A stretch of 58,990 nucleotides of DNA, filler included, from Sphacelaria rigidula (taxonomy: Eukaryota): NCBI GenBank assembly GCA_964200075.2. It is 8 parts of 8 records of this genome, joined end to end, with 100 filler letters (N's around TTAATTAATTAA, not from the genome) between each part and the next. Parts side by side here need not be neighbours in the genome. Positions count along the whole stretch, not along the records: positions 44,320 to 51,605 come from CAXNAA020015629.1; positions 51,706 to 58,990 come from CAXNAA020015630.1; 6 more parts are not named here. One strand, 5' to 3'. Each line of letters starts with the position of its first letter. The stretch's first letter is position 1. The translations under genes and the position numbers were made by a program. The notes under the pieces are model-generated. The model was not told where the DNA came from, made no database searches, and was given only the letters and a program-made list of their open reading frames with translations. This document shows positions 46,872 to 58,990 of the stretch, in pieces.

Positions 46872-48932
46872 GGTGGCAGCAAACTCAACGCGAACTCCAG
46901 AGTTCGAACAATATGTGCGAAACTCGTTTCCTGTGTACTCCCCTCCTTTGTCAGCACGAAGTCGCTTGGCCCGGGCTCCACGTGGGATCACTTCCGTTTG
47001 GGTGAAAGTCTGGAATGTCTTCAGAGCATTGCCCTTTGACTGCGTGAGATGAACGTACTTGGATCGCGTCAGAAAGTCCGTCAACTTGCTCATGTATTCA
47101 AATCCCCCAATTGCTTCTGGGGTAATCGGTGCCATCATATCACCAGTTATTAGTTCGTACGGACGAGATACTTTGTAGACGGCAGTCTTGGGGTGAGCCT
47201 GTTATTTACTTTTGCTCAACGCACACATATCGCACGGAGAAAGATTACCCGTGAAAATCACCCCATTCCCGTCTATGCCTCGTATTGTGTGAAGTGTCTT
47301 GCTCGACACGTGTCCGAGGCGCCGGTGCCACAATTCTGCGTCCGCTGTTGTTAACATCGCCACTGTATTTTTTGTTTCCCCTTCGGCTGAAGCCACCTGC
47401 TTTCCTGTACCCGCGCCGACCGCACGATCCACGCGTATGATGAATGTGTATAGACCGTGGTCATGGAGTGACTGTTTCAGTTGGAAAGACGCGACTTCCA
47501 AGCGTGAATTCGCCGGGTCGAACACGACGTTGATTCCTCTTGTGACAGCGTTCTTGACGGAGAACAAGTGGTGCCCCAGACCTGGAACTACACAAGATGG
47601 GAGACATACTTCGTGAGAGACTCCATATTGGTCTGTCACCTTTCCTAGGACCGTAACTGAAGCTGCAGCATTCAACACATGTCCTCCGGCCGCAGTTGTT
47701 TGGAAGGGATTGGGTAAAATTGTGTAGTCGGGAAAAGTCTCCAGTAAGCCAGGATTCAAAGAGTTGTCAACAAAGTTGTCGGTTTTCCCGCTGTCGACCA
47801 GTAGCGAGAGTACAGTGTCAGAAGCCAGCAAAGCTACACCCATAGTGGGATGTATCGTTCTACATTCCGTGGCTTCCCCAATCGCTACATATATCCGACC
47901 GTCCCCGGCGGGTGGCACTCCAGGCTGAATCGGTCTCCCAGCAGCTGGGTATCCTGTTGCTGTAGCACCAGCCGTTGGTTGCGGCTGGTGTGCGGGTGCA
48001 CCGATGACTGCGTTAGAAGGGTACGCCGCCATATGCGCGTAGTGCGCCACACCAGCAGCGGCATTCTCTTTTCGAATGCGGCAGTCAGCATCGTTATGAG
48101 TTTTGGAACAATGATGAGAACACCACTTCGCCGTCTTTTCGTTACCGTTGGTATTATTGGTGCCTGACTTACCCCCTTTTTTCTTCTTCCCTCTACATTG
48201 CAATTTGGAACGCCAGTCTCTAAATGTGGCAATGTCATCCCTGTCAAAGACGTCCAGCAGGCGCATTGCCTGTGTAACACCTTCCTTCGCCTCGGTCATG
48301 TTTGCTTTCGGGACGTATAACTTGTGCCCAAAGAAGCGCACTTCGGTCAGTGTGCTGACCAAGTCACAACTCGTACAATAGCCAGGTGTACTGTGCTGGA
48401 ATCCGCAAACACAAAAAGTCAATGTGATGCTCCAGTGATGAAACCGCACGCCGTTCAGTGTGCGAACTCAACACACTACTTGTGCTGTATACACGAGCGG
48501 ACGTCGGTCTGTGCTTACCCGAAGCACTACTCGTACTGTATAGACGAGATGTAGACACCTGCATACCAGCTAGGTGTACGGTACTGGGAACTGCAAACTC
48601 ACAACGTCGATGAGATGCTCCCAGTGCTGAACTCCGAACGTCGGCTTTTTTTTTATGCCGATAATGAAAACTCAGAAGCAAGAAACCGCTGAAAACCGGG
48701 CGATACGCCGCAACTGTTCGTTTCCGTCGTTCCTTTGCACAACCCAGCCAGTTTGACCTACGGGTGTGCAGCTTAGCTTGAAGTCGAGATGATCAGTCCC
48801 CAACAAAAGCCGAAGGTGACTCAACTCACGTGGATATCCCGGTACAAGCGCCCGAGATGCGTTGATCCTGGTCCAAGCGCCTTAAAGGGAGTAGAGAACG
48901 TCTTCCTCAAAACTCCCAAAGATACTCGAAAA

Positions 48933-48948
48933 CGCGAGGCTCGTAACC
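48933..48948 (-). promoter_or_regulatory. Primer-binding site, half-tRNA iMet type
   Basis: Minus-strand GGTTACGAGCCTCGCG directly follows the 5' LTR; resembles the copia-type GGTTATGGGCCC PBS. Confidence 0.75.
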
Positions 48949-50054
48949 TGTCAGGATTAAACTGTGTGTAGTACCCTGAACGTGTCGCAGGGGCAAGCGC
49001 CACAGCTGCTCAGCTGATCGGGAGAAGGATGTAAACACAAAGTACGCAGTTTGTATTTTTGATGGTTCCCGAGAACGTGCAGAGAAGAGTAAACGAGGAG
49101 GTGACCATGTACAGATCTACAGTACCATTACTCTGACGGTTACAACAAGTTGAGCCGTAACCAATCACACCGACTATTCTGTGTCTAACAGTCCGCATGT
49201 CAGGCTGCAACTATGACAACGCCTTAATGGTCTTGAACGCGTTGACTACTAAATGAATAGACATATATAATTTCTTGACACCAGGAAGGAAACAAGACTG
49301 CACGTTGGACATTACGGGATCTTACGATTGCTTGGAAGGAAAGCTCGCTCGTTTTTTTCTTCGTTCACCGGTTTTGAAGGACACAACGGAATTAATTATT
49401 AAAAAATAGAAAGTAAGAAAGAGAAGAAAGTAAATGAAAATAAATAATACTAGAAAAAGTTCTGCGCTTTTTCTCTCGCCCTCTGCTCCTCCGCGGTCTC
49501 CTTCGCGTCGCGCTGTTGAGGCGCCGGAGTCCGCACCTCGGTCACCTCGACCTCTTTCTGCCCTGCCAGAGTAGTGTAGTGCTCGCTGCTGTACTGTCCG
49601 TGCACTGTACTGTGGTCTGTGCGCTGTTCACTGTCAGTTGTGGATTGGATTGTTTGGCGGGTGACGTCGTGGCGGGAGCCGGTTTTTGATGTGAAAAATG
49701 ACGCATTTATTTTTTTATCAGTTTCACATGAACGTAGAGTAGCTCACATACAGAACCAAAACCGGTATCAGACCCGCAACAAAGTTACAATAATAAAAGA
49801 AATTACGAACACAAACGCCACGACTCCACGAACCACGCCACATGGAGCACCCGTGGGCAGGTGCTAGCTGCTGAACATGAGGTGCATGATCCTGTCGGAG
49901 TACTATATGCGCCAAGTTATGCATAAAACTTAGCTTTTATGCCTTTGTTATGCTGAAATATCCAAAAACATGTACTTTCCAAAAAACGCATACGCTTATG
50001 CGCAAACCCCCGTTTTATGTGAAATTATATGCGCGAATAAGAAGCAAGAGTCTA

Positions 50055-50643
50055 CGAGCTGGGTCAGCTTAAAAGCTTCTAAAACTTGCTCACACCACAG
50101 CTTCCCGCGTTTCCCGAATGAACCCGATGTAAGCATGTCACTGTGAAGTGTAGACCAACCTGGTGACACGGTACCGTCGTTGAATAAAAAAAATGAAGAA
50201 AAACGTACTGCATAATGTATGACCTTAATGACGGACGAAAAAAAAGAGAGAATATGTCGGGATTCAAACTCATGACCTCCATGATCGGAGTCTCCCATCA
50301 TTTGGTTTATAGGGGTGCAGCAGTGTCACGGAAAATGTTGAACGCACGGCCCAATTCGACGAGTCTTGAGCTGAAATTTCAGGAAACCTTCTGCACCCAA
50401 GGAACTGATACTTCACGTGTCCAGCTGCAGGTTCTCCTTTTTCTCCTGGGCTTATGGCATTATCTTGTTTTTGCTGAAATTTCAAATGCCCAGAACTTTT
50501 TTTTTTTCTTTACTTGTTGGACCCGTGATCTTCTGCATTTCAATCATGAAAAACTGCTGTCACAATTTCAGCGTCCGACTCCTGATATTGCGCCGTGCGT
50601 CGCCTGAGCGAGATTCACACCAGCTCTTGGCTGGCCCAGCTCG
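50055..50643. mobile_element. Tc1/mariner-like MITE, copy 2
   Basis: TA CGAGCTGGGTCAGC ... GCTGGCCCAGCTCG TA. Both ends are homologous to 9849-10473; the central part differs. Confidence 0.8.
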
Positions 50644-51084
50644 TAGTGAACATGAGTTAATGAAGCTAACCACTTTCCCTTGTGGAACCAGAACACATGT
50701 GGACGACCTTCGGAAGACACATCTTTGCAGTGACATATCAGAGACTGCTGCCACACAAGTTGAAGAACCAGAGCAAGCAGGTACAAGGTAGGAACGATTC
50801 GAAAGGACCAGATTACCGAGGACCCTCTATTAATGAAAACAACTATACTAGACAACTTGGGGTGATGCCAGGAAGAGCCTGATGTTAGGGCGACCCAACA
50901 TCCCCCGAGGAACTGGTCGCCCCCAGGCGACCACTTCTCGTCTGACCCAACATCTTGCCTACATATCACGAGAGGAAATCATCACCCGCCTCGGAGTTCC
51001 CTCGGCATCAGGACGACCTCTCCCGAGACAGCCTCCTCCTTGAGTCTGTCTACCCTAGCGATACGCCTTCCTCACACACAGATC

Positions 51085-51490
51085 GGATCCAGACATGAAG
51101 TGACGAAGTTGAGCATTTCTACTTTTGAATTCCCACAACACAGTCCAGACATGGGTTTGAGCTGCAAAAGTCAAGCACTTTTTTTTCACCCCAGTACCCA
51201 AACACAGACTGGATATAAAAGTGAAATAGCGGAACAAACCATGTTTCTTCACAACACAAACCGGATATAGATATGGAACAACGAAGCTAACCATTTCTGT
51301 CTTTGTACAAACTAGAACACAGGCCGGGCACAGACATGAAATAACGGAGCTATCCATTTTTTCCCATCACCACATCACAGACCAGATGCAGACACGAAAC
51401 ACCGAAGCTAGCTATTTCCCCCTGTGCATTAACCAGAACACGAACCAAATACTCGTATAGACATGAAATAACAAACCTAACCATTTTGTG
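51085..51490 (+). repeat. Degenerate minisatellite, units of about 60-75 bp
   Basis: AGACATGAAA.AAC.(G/A)AGCTA.CCATTT-like core at about 51090, 51270, 51332, 51390 and 51460. Confidence 0.7.
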
Positions 51491-54400
51491 TTCCCTCGTA
51501 TGAAGAGAAAGAAATGATCGGCCTTCCGTCGCTCATATCGCATCAAAGATGAGACCCACTTTCATGACAGGCACGAATCTCGATTTTTTCGAAATCGGGG
51601 GGGGGNNNNNNNNNNNNNNNNNNNNNNNNNNNNNNNNNNNNNNNNNNNNTTAATTAATTAANNNNNNNNNNNNNNNNNNNNNNNNNNNNNNNNNNNNNNN
51701 NNNNNGTTCGTAACAGGTGGGGGGGGCTGTTAGAGTGTGTGCGGGGGAACATGCGGCGCTTGGGGTGGGGGGGGGGGGGGGGGGGGGGGGGCTACGTGTT
51801 CGGCAAATTATTTTTGACTGCCGCTTGGGTTACGTATGAAAATAGAAGTGTGAAGGAATGTTAATACTGTACCTCTCGGTGAGGGGCGTTACAGAAAAGG
51901 GTGTTATACGCAGTTTGCTGCTCGCAGCGACGGTGCTTTTGTTTGGCATTCACCTGGTAAATATCTTCAACGATGCACTGCGATGTGTGAAAGAAAAGAA
52001 GGAATGTTGTGAAAACGAGTATGGTGCTGCTGAGAATTGAAGAAGGAGATGCGGAATTACAAGAGATACAGACAGCAACAGGTAGAAGGTGGTTAAAAAT
52101 TTGTATACGGAAAAGACACAAGAAAAGCCGAAAGTAAAGAGAGCGGAAGTGACCAGCTAATCGACGTGGAGAATAACACGAACAGCTCGCACAAAACAAA
52201 ACGCATCCCCAAAGATAGTTCGCCCATCAAAGCAAAAGCAAAAAGACGTAAGGAAAGGATGGGATTGCAGAAGAAGACATTTACTACCAACTACCCCGTA
52301 GCCGGCAACAACGACTCATACACAACGTTATGGACTATAGCATGCCCTTCCTCATCTATTCGACCAGGCGTAGTCAATATTACAAAATCGGCAGCCCGGC
52401 ATACGCGGCTGCAGGCCACATATGCGTGACCGTGCGCAAAGGGATGGCGTGTCAAATCCAAAGCAGCTTTACCCAAAGTCATTCCTTGTGCTCGATGGCA
52501 GGTTGTGGCAAACCACAGCTTAACGGGAAATTGAACGCGTTATACGGCAATGCCCTGCGACGTAATAAACTTGAACGAAATTCTCGGAATAAAATGGAGT
52601 GTACCGGTGTCTAGAGTCCGAACCTGCAGGGTATAGGGCTTGATGTCTACAACAACAACCTTGGTGCCATTGGTCAAACGGTGGTCAATGGACATATTTC
52701 GACACAGCATAACCACTACACCCCTTTTCAGTTTGATGATGTGGGCCGGAACACCAGAGGGCTGCAACAAACTCAAGTACTCAGATATTCAAAAGACGTC
52801 ATCTGTATCACCCTCAAAATGTTCGTGATCAAGGATCGTTCTACCTTCCAACGTATGGGCAACTCCCGGGAATCTCGATAACACGGACGCGTTGATATCG
52901 TCGACGGCGTCGTTATGCAAGCTGATAATGCTCCGCTTGGAGCAGGCCCCCGAGTCGACGAAATCGATTGCTTTTTCTACGCTCTGAACAGTTCGAACAC
53001 CGGTAATGGGTGTGAAACCATGTTCGTCGACGGGGGCCACACCATCTCCTAGGTCATCGACCATTTTACTGAATTCGGGGTCGTTCCAATTCCTCATCGT
53101 TCTAGTGAGGCGACAGAGCTTGACTCTATCACGATAGAAGGAGTTGGACAGCACGGAAGCGGCGCAGCTCTCGGGTTCCCCCCGTTGACGACGACAGGCG
53201 CCAGCTGTCTGGTGTCACCGGCGAGGACGACGGCTTTGTTTCCAAACCCTACGCGATGGTGGGAATACAAAAGCGAGAAGGACGGTTTGATAATGCATCG
53301 AAAGTATTCAAAGAAACAAAGAGGTGAAAAACACGGGATAAAAAGACATACCATGGGTAATAGATGTCGCCAAGACATGACTCAGAATGGTGTGTCGGAA
53401 AATGTGAATCCGAAGAAGCTTGACACGAACATGTTTCACCTGGTGTGGTGTTTGCTGCCGCGACGTCGGGCGACGGGAAATATGTTGGTTGCTCATCTGC
53501 ACGAAAAATTTGAGGAGCAGAAGAAAAACGGAAGGAAAGTCGGTTGGAGTGGCAAAGTTAGCGCGAATATGGGATGGTGCAAGGTGGAATGTGGGAGGAT
53601 GAATGAGGATGTAAAGACTTGTAAGTTGTGGGGGAATAATGCAGGATGTGATGCGCGATGAAAGGAGAGAGGCTGTGCAAAAGGTGAAGCACCGCCGAAT
53701 TCTCACCGTGGTATCCGTGGTGTTGTTGAATCCGGAACATGTGTTCGACACCTTCTTCGTCTGTAGCACTGGTGGAGGTATCTTGAAAAACGGGAAGAAG
53801 GATTGTAAAGTGCGATAGGCATAAGGATAAGGAGAGATGTCGTGAAGGGGAAGGCGCGAAAGAGAAAACGCTACACTATATGAAGGAAAACAAGTATTTG
53901 GACAATAGACAATGGTAAAGATAGAGAACAGCAAATTCTGCGAATTGAGGTTTGACTCTGAGATGAGGCTCACGTGGGCAACCCGACCTGCGAACTGTTT
54001 GTAGCAGAATCATCTTGTGGACAAACCAGCGGCTTGACTCCAAAAAGACGGCAACAACAGCATTCCCCTCTCGACTCGATCGTTCCGGTGTTGGGTGCAG
54101 ATCTCTCCACACAGCCGATGGCGCTGCAAGATATGGTTGCATCGAGCTTCGAATGCTGCTGCAGTATACGGTGTGTAGAGCTGTTCGTTGAAGGGACGCT
54201 TGATGCTCGGAGGTTGGCGTTGGAGCAAGAGGACCTCAGTCGTGTCGTCGCGGGCAAAGCAAGACTGGCTTGGGTTCGAGGGCACGTGCCGTATCAAAAA
54301 CCCGGTAAGAACATGGGATCGATGCATGCTTCCGACGGCGTGGTTTGTAATCGTTTCTTCGCTCGAGCCTATGGGGTGTCGAAGAACCTCGTTGAGAACG

Positions 54401-55132
54401 CGTCGAAGAACCCGGGTGCTCCATCGGTGTCGAGAACCACGTGAGTATGATCGCCACGATTGAGTAGATGTGTACAGCAGGATCCTTGTTTCCACCGCGA
54501 CCTCTTATCATGACTGATTCCGCATTGTATTTTAATTCAGGAGCCCAATTTTTTCGAATCGGCTGCCCGTCACGGGTGTTTTCAAACAAGACGAAGCCTT
54601 CACGCGTGGTACCGGAGTGCAGGCAGAAGTACACAGCAGTGACAAACGCACAGTAAACGAAGTTAAGCCTTCACCTTTAGTACCGTAGTGCAGGCAATAT
54701 TCAGTAGTCATACCCTCTGTTTCTGTATCCACTGCCATGGACGTGCATCTGCATGTGACCTCGAACCCTACAGTACAGTGAAAGCGGTATATCGTGATTG
54801 TGGCGAGTCATCGCACACCCCCTCGACCGAATTTCAAAGCTCGACTACTTCACAACAAGAAGAGCATCAGTACTGACAACGAGTACAGATTAAAACTGTG
54901 CCGTGTTTGCGAAGCATAGCCTATGCTTGTCATGTCGTACTGTTTACAAAACCCGCGGCCTGTAGTGTGAATACTATGTATTGTACCCGTCATCTCGAGA
55001 AAAAAATCTCATCGACGGTGCCACCGGATGATGGAAGATCAAAGTGGGTGTTTTCCGTCGTGCTCAACATTGACTCGTGCTGGCTGGACTTCGATACTCC
55101 GTCGGTACCCTTTGCGTTTATCTCTGTTGTAT

Positions 55133-55185
55133 GCCGGTCGCCCCGGTGGCTCAGTTGGTAACCTCGAAACCCTCTAACGGTTGAG
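55133..55185 (+). mobile_element. Head-only fragment of SINE family A
   Basis: GCCGGTCGCCCCGGTGGCTCAGTTGGTAACCTCGAAACC matches the head at 8977-8925. Confidence 0.7.
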
Positions 55186-55539
55186 CAGCTGATCCAAAAA
55201 ATGAAGGCTCCCGAATTAAAAAACAAACGCAGGATCGGTCATGATGAAGGGTCACGGTGAAACTAAGGATCCGCCTATATAGGTGGATATACTTTTTGCG
55301 CTCAAAACCGGTCAAGGACTTTCCTGTACTGTTGTCTATGCATATGCCCTACATTCTCATGGTCATGACAAGAGGCGTGTGATCTTATGGCGAAAGAATG
55401 ATTCTGAATCTCGAACATGGCAAGGTGCAACCCAGTCTGCATGCGGTTTTATATGCGACATAGACCCGTGGAATACCTCTGAGGTCAAAATTTATTGCTC
55501 AACTGGGTTTCTCACCGTGATGCACCCGGAAGACCCTAG

Positions 55540-55909
55540 TCGTGAGATCCAGAGGGCAGTATCAGATTCGGAGTGGATGCTCTAGCGCTCCCAACAGGAT
55601 ACTTTTACTTGTTTTTTTGCTTGAGCACACGTGCACAGGCACCGCAGGTAAGGTACCGTACCGAGCGTACCCCCGGTATTTACCGGGGTATCCCATACCG
55701 TGGTATGCGTAGGTACCGTAGGTATGAGTTTTGAAAATACCGGATTGGGCCGGTGCGGTAGGTATTGAAATCTCGAAATACCCTGGTATCATAGGCATCG
55801 TAGGTAGCACAATATTCGTGAGATTCAGAGGGTAGTTTCAGATTCAGAGTGGATGCTCTAGCGTTCGTAACAGGCAATTTATTTTCCTTTTTTTGCTTGA
55901 GCACACGTG
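55540..55909 (+). repeat. Direct repeats of about 93 bp (55540-55633 and 55817-55909) flanking a GGTA/TACC-rich segment
   Basis: CGTGAGAT.CAGAGGG.AGT.TCAGATTC.GAGTGGATGCTCTAGCG...TTGCTTGAGCACACGTGC occurs twice. Confidence 0.85.
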
Positions 55910-58900
55910 CTGTGCATGCAGCTACCGTACAGTAACCCATTCGAGGATTCCGGCAGTCTGGTTAGTGAGATACCGCACGAAGCATTTTTACACCTGGGGG
56001 GCATTTCGGAACTGAAACTATTGCAGGCACTAATCGGTTTTTCCTGAAAGAGGGGATCTTCTGTTGCAATGGGCTGACTATGTAGTTGCGATCAAGTGAT
56101 GTGTCAAAATGATCTTGTAGGTGATAGCTTTCATTGAAGCTTACACGTTGTCTTGGCGGAAACCCTCTTCCAGAGCCGCGTATCAACAGCCGACCGTTTT
56201 TCTCATCATTTACCTAACTTATTTTTAGTTCGGTATTTCGGATATGTTTCGTTTATCGTGTGTATGTTGATCTGAATTTATGAGCTATGTTTGTGTTTTT
56301 AATATATGTGGTTACTTCATGCCTCCTGAGCGGGTGTTTCTGTACCTCCTTCAATCCCGAGTTCGTCTTTCACGGGACCACGGCTTGAGGCACGTGGTTT
56401 GTCCCAATGGTAGATACAACGCTCGAGATATTCCTCATCAATCTTACGATGCGGACCTCCCCTCGACCGTTACAGTTGGTGACTCTAGACCGTCAGCGCC
56501 TGGCTTTCATCAGTCAGGTTGCCATTCGAGCGAAGGCCAATCAGGAGCCATTGAAATTCGTGTCTCTACAAGCCGATGCAGCAGTTCAAACGGTGTTCGC
56601 TCTACCTATGTGCTCTCCAGTGACGCATGGCACAGACAGGTGAGTACGAACGACAAATGACCGTGCATTCGACGGTGTCCCCCTTTGGTTAGCGCCTCCA
56701 ACACTCGCGTCACACCCGCGGTCATTGCGCTGGTGAATACTCGCTCGCGCGTGCGTCGACGTCGATGTAGACTGTATCGTGTCTGATACGACTCCACGGC
56801 TATGCACGATGCGCGGTGTGGCGACTGACAGGGGATATGCCGAACGCAAAGACATCATGGCAGTTCTCGTGGAGGGACAGTTCGTGGAGTTCTTCCTGGC
56901 ACCTCAGACCGTCGGAGGCGGTGAGTTCGAGTACGGTGCTCGTGTTATGCAGTCGCCGAATTATACCGTGAGGCGATCGCCGGCATGATTCGTTCGCATC
57001 TCGATTTTCATATAGCGTAGTATCGCCGCCCACCCAATTCGAAGTAAGTAACTGTTCATCTGCCGTAGAGGTAGTTATCCAAGTATGAACAGAACTATGT
57101 GCCAGCGGTTAGGGACTGCTGCCGAGATAGCCCCCCCCCCCAAACCGGCCAAAAACGTGCACGGAGGCGATGATCATAACTGCCGTTAAAGCTGGTTTCG
57201 TGCCGCACGACGCGACTGATTTGGGCATTATAGCTGATTTCGGACTGCTACACGCCTCTTATGTGGGCGAAACTGCTGCAAACGAGCCCAATAGTGGGAT
57301 CGCAGCCGGTTCGTTGGATGGTGCCGTTGCACTTTTTGTGGGGGGGCTATCTCGGCATTAGTCGAGGACGGAATGGTGGGGGAAAAGTAAACGTATCGAC
57401 GCAGGAAGGGTGAAATGTACTGGAAAGACTCACCGTCAAAATCAGGTGATGGTGGAATGTCGAACATCTCCTCCATGTGTTGTTCCTCGCTTCGCCGGAA
57501 CATGTACCCTGTGGAAAAGATACGCAGGGTGACGGCGGAATTAGGAAAAAGGAAGAAAATGGAATACGAAGGAGATGTCAGGAATATGTTTTCGGTGTGA
57601 GGGAACTATTTCTGTGACAGAAGTTGGGTAGATGCCTCGTATCCCGCCATCTCACCGTCGATGTCGCCAGCGCCGTCGAGGGAGTAATTGTCGACAGGAC
57701 GTTGCAGTTCTACCGGCTGATGTGGTGGTTGTCGACGTCCGGCACAACGTTTCCTGTGTCCGCGCGCGCTCCAGCCTCGAATGCGGCGATGTGGAGCGAA
57801 GATATTTCGTCGATAGTACACAGCTTGGTGTTCGCCATAACTTGCGCGCGCGTCCCTCGGGCAAGGTTAGATTGCAGCAATCTGTCATCTCGTGGATCGG
57901 GCACTGGGACATCGAAAGCGCGATGACAAGTGGTGCCGAAAGTCTGGTTCAAGGCTGCCAAACCGTTGGATGCTGTAGGCGCCGTGAGGTGACCGTTCAA
58001 GCGGGCTTGAGCACCTATGGCGTTGAGGAGGAGGGTCTTGCCGCATCTTGCTCGACCTTGTATGTCGAAAGGAGCGCCGCCCGGGTTCTTGCAAGCGTGG
58101 ATCACCTCATGGAATATTTGACGCTGTTCGACCGTGAACATTTGCAATGCCTCCGTGACGGTGGCGACATCAGCGTTCTTCTGGTACTCAATAAACTGCC
58201 TCGTTTGAGCACGACGTAGTTCCGAATCGGTGGTGTCGAACCCTTCCGGAACATTGATACCCAGTTGAGCGAGACTTTTGCAACCATCCGCATGTAAGTT
58301 CGCCTGGAGACACTGCAGGAGCTGCAACTTTTCGTCGCGTGGTGCCCTGCCACCGGTCGTCGATGAGGCTTTGGTAGAACTTGTCGAATGCGACAGCAAC
58401 CGGATAGTCGTTTCTGACGAGCAAAATGAAGAGTCGTCGTAGTTGTTTCGGTGAAGCGTTGCATTGTGTAGCTTCCTCCAAGGCATAGGTGGCTTCAGTG
58501 ATAAGCGGGTTGTCTAGGTGTCCGGCAGCAACGGCTGCGTCCTTCAACGTGTCGTGTTGGACGCCGTCGATCATGCGGGCTTCGTGGAAAGAGCGGGGTT
58601 TGGCGCCCTTTTTGAGCAGAAGTCATAAGAAGAAAACGTCGCCTTGAGAAACGTTGGGTGATCCTAAGAAATATATCTTGGAAGCCTAGACGGTACGGTG
58701 GTACGGCGAGGATGTCAGGAAGAAGTCAAGGTCTGGAGGTTTGGGTTTTTGACATACTTGGCACAAATAGTCGTCCATATCGTTGGCTGAAGGTTATTGA
58801 GGAAAACTGTGAGGGGTTTCGCGGCACAAACGTACTCACGTTCGGGGCAGGGCGTCTGCGGAAGACCTGGAGGCTGTTGGACTCGTCATCCCATGGTTTC

Positions 58901-58925
58901 TCCATCCAACGTTCGGTGGCGTACT

Positions 58926-58990
58926 GTTGTTGTTGTTGTTGTTGTCTTCACATTAAAAGCCGTTCCGATATCTGCGCGGTACATTGGTAC
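58926..58990 (-). mobile_element. LINE 3' end with (AAC)n tail interrupting the Helitron gene at the contig end
   Basis: (GTT)nGTCTTCACATTAAAAGCCGTTCCGATATCTGCGCGGTACATT, nearly identical to 46622-46675. Confidence 0.8.

Larger units (their letters stand above)
45397..49280 (-). mobile_element. Ty1/copia LTR retrotransposon, internally deleted (no RT)
   Basis: 332-bp LTRs at 45397-45728 and 48949-49280 (TGTCA...TGACA); PPT; PBS; gag knuckle CSHHCSKTHNDADC; protease LVDSG; WHRRLGH..CDMC; integrase RLRADKGGEY; RNase H DNTA..RTKHV..ADIGTK. Confidence 0.95.
53974..56920 (+). mobile_element. Spliced DDE-transposase-like gene remnant (Sola/DUF7869-like) nested antisense in the Helitron intron; exons about 53974-54440, 56476-56639, 56832-56920
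   Basis: CCCSIRC...VCNRFFARAYGVS; LVTLDRQRL...KFVSLQADAAVQTVFALP; IMAVLVEG. Three GTGAGT donors (54441, 56640, 56921); the last two exons splice in frame. Confidence 0.55.
52291..58925 (-). pseudogene. Helitron-type Rep/Pif1 helicase gene, spliced and disabled; segments 58925-58840, 58685-about 57700, 57508-57434, 53248-52291
   Basis: GDVFFL*LLL..PRSFHEARMIDG (Helitron linker), GRARCGKT (motif I), ASNGLAA, TCHRAF, IDEIS, FGNKAVVLAGDTRQLAPV, VMLCRNM...LTNGT, FAHGHAYVACSRV. Has a nonsense codon and frameshifts. Confidence 0.88.

Noticed and set aside
51085-51490. CRISPR-like array
   Set aside because: The units are degenerate along their whole length, with no identical repeats or unique spacers. 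No cas genes are present and the context is eukaryotic.
7288-51705. Regularly spaced TTAATTAATTAA motif as a biological periodic element
   Set aside because: It is an N-padded artificial linker between length-sorted contigs. Adjacency across spacers has no biological meaning.
52291-58925. Functional host PIF1 helicase
   Set aside because: It has an in-frame stop, several frameshifts, a Helitron-specific linker upstream of the helicase and a LINE insertion.

Overview
This window is not one locus. It is eight unrelated contigs of 7285-7287 bp (1-7287, 7388-14674, 14775-22061, 22162-29447, 29548-36833, 36934-44219, 44320-51605, 51706-58990), ordered by length and joined by identical 100-nt artificial spacers (44 N + TTAATTAATTAA + 44 N). 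The DNA is eukaryotic, intron-rich and dominated by repeats. Splice context and repeat families suggest a brown alga (Ectocarpus-like stramenopile); this is inference. Two partial host genes are readable: a spliced PP2C phosphatase with a long Q/G-rich N-terminus (contig 1) and a spliced Cache-domain sensor-like gene (contig 6). The rest is transposable elements, mostly decayed: two fused Ty3/Gypsy elements, two RTE-like LINEs, an RT-deleted Ty1/copia element with both LTRs, PBS and PPT, a spliced Helitron-type Pif1 helicase pseudogene, a hAT transposase relic, tRNA-derived SINEs and several MITE families. The best candidate for something undescribed is a spliced DDE-transposase-like gene (Sola/DUF7869-like by motif recall) lying antisense inside a 4.2 kb intron of the Helitron helicase gene. 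I found no CRISPR array, rRNA, true tRNA or prokaryotic defence system. All family assignments come from reading motifs by eye, not from database searches.
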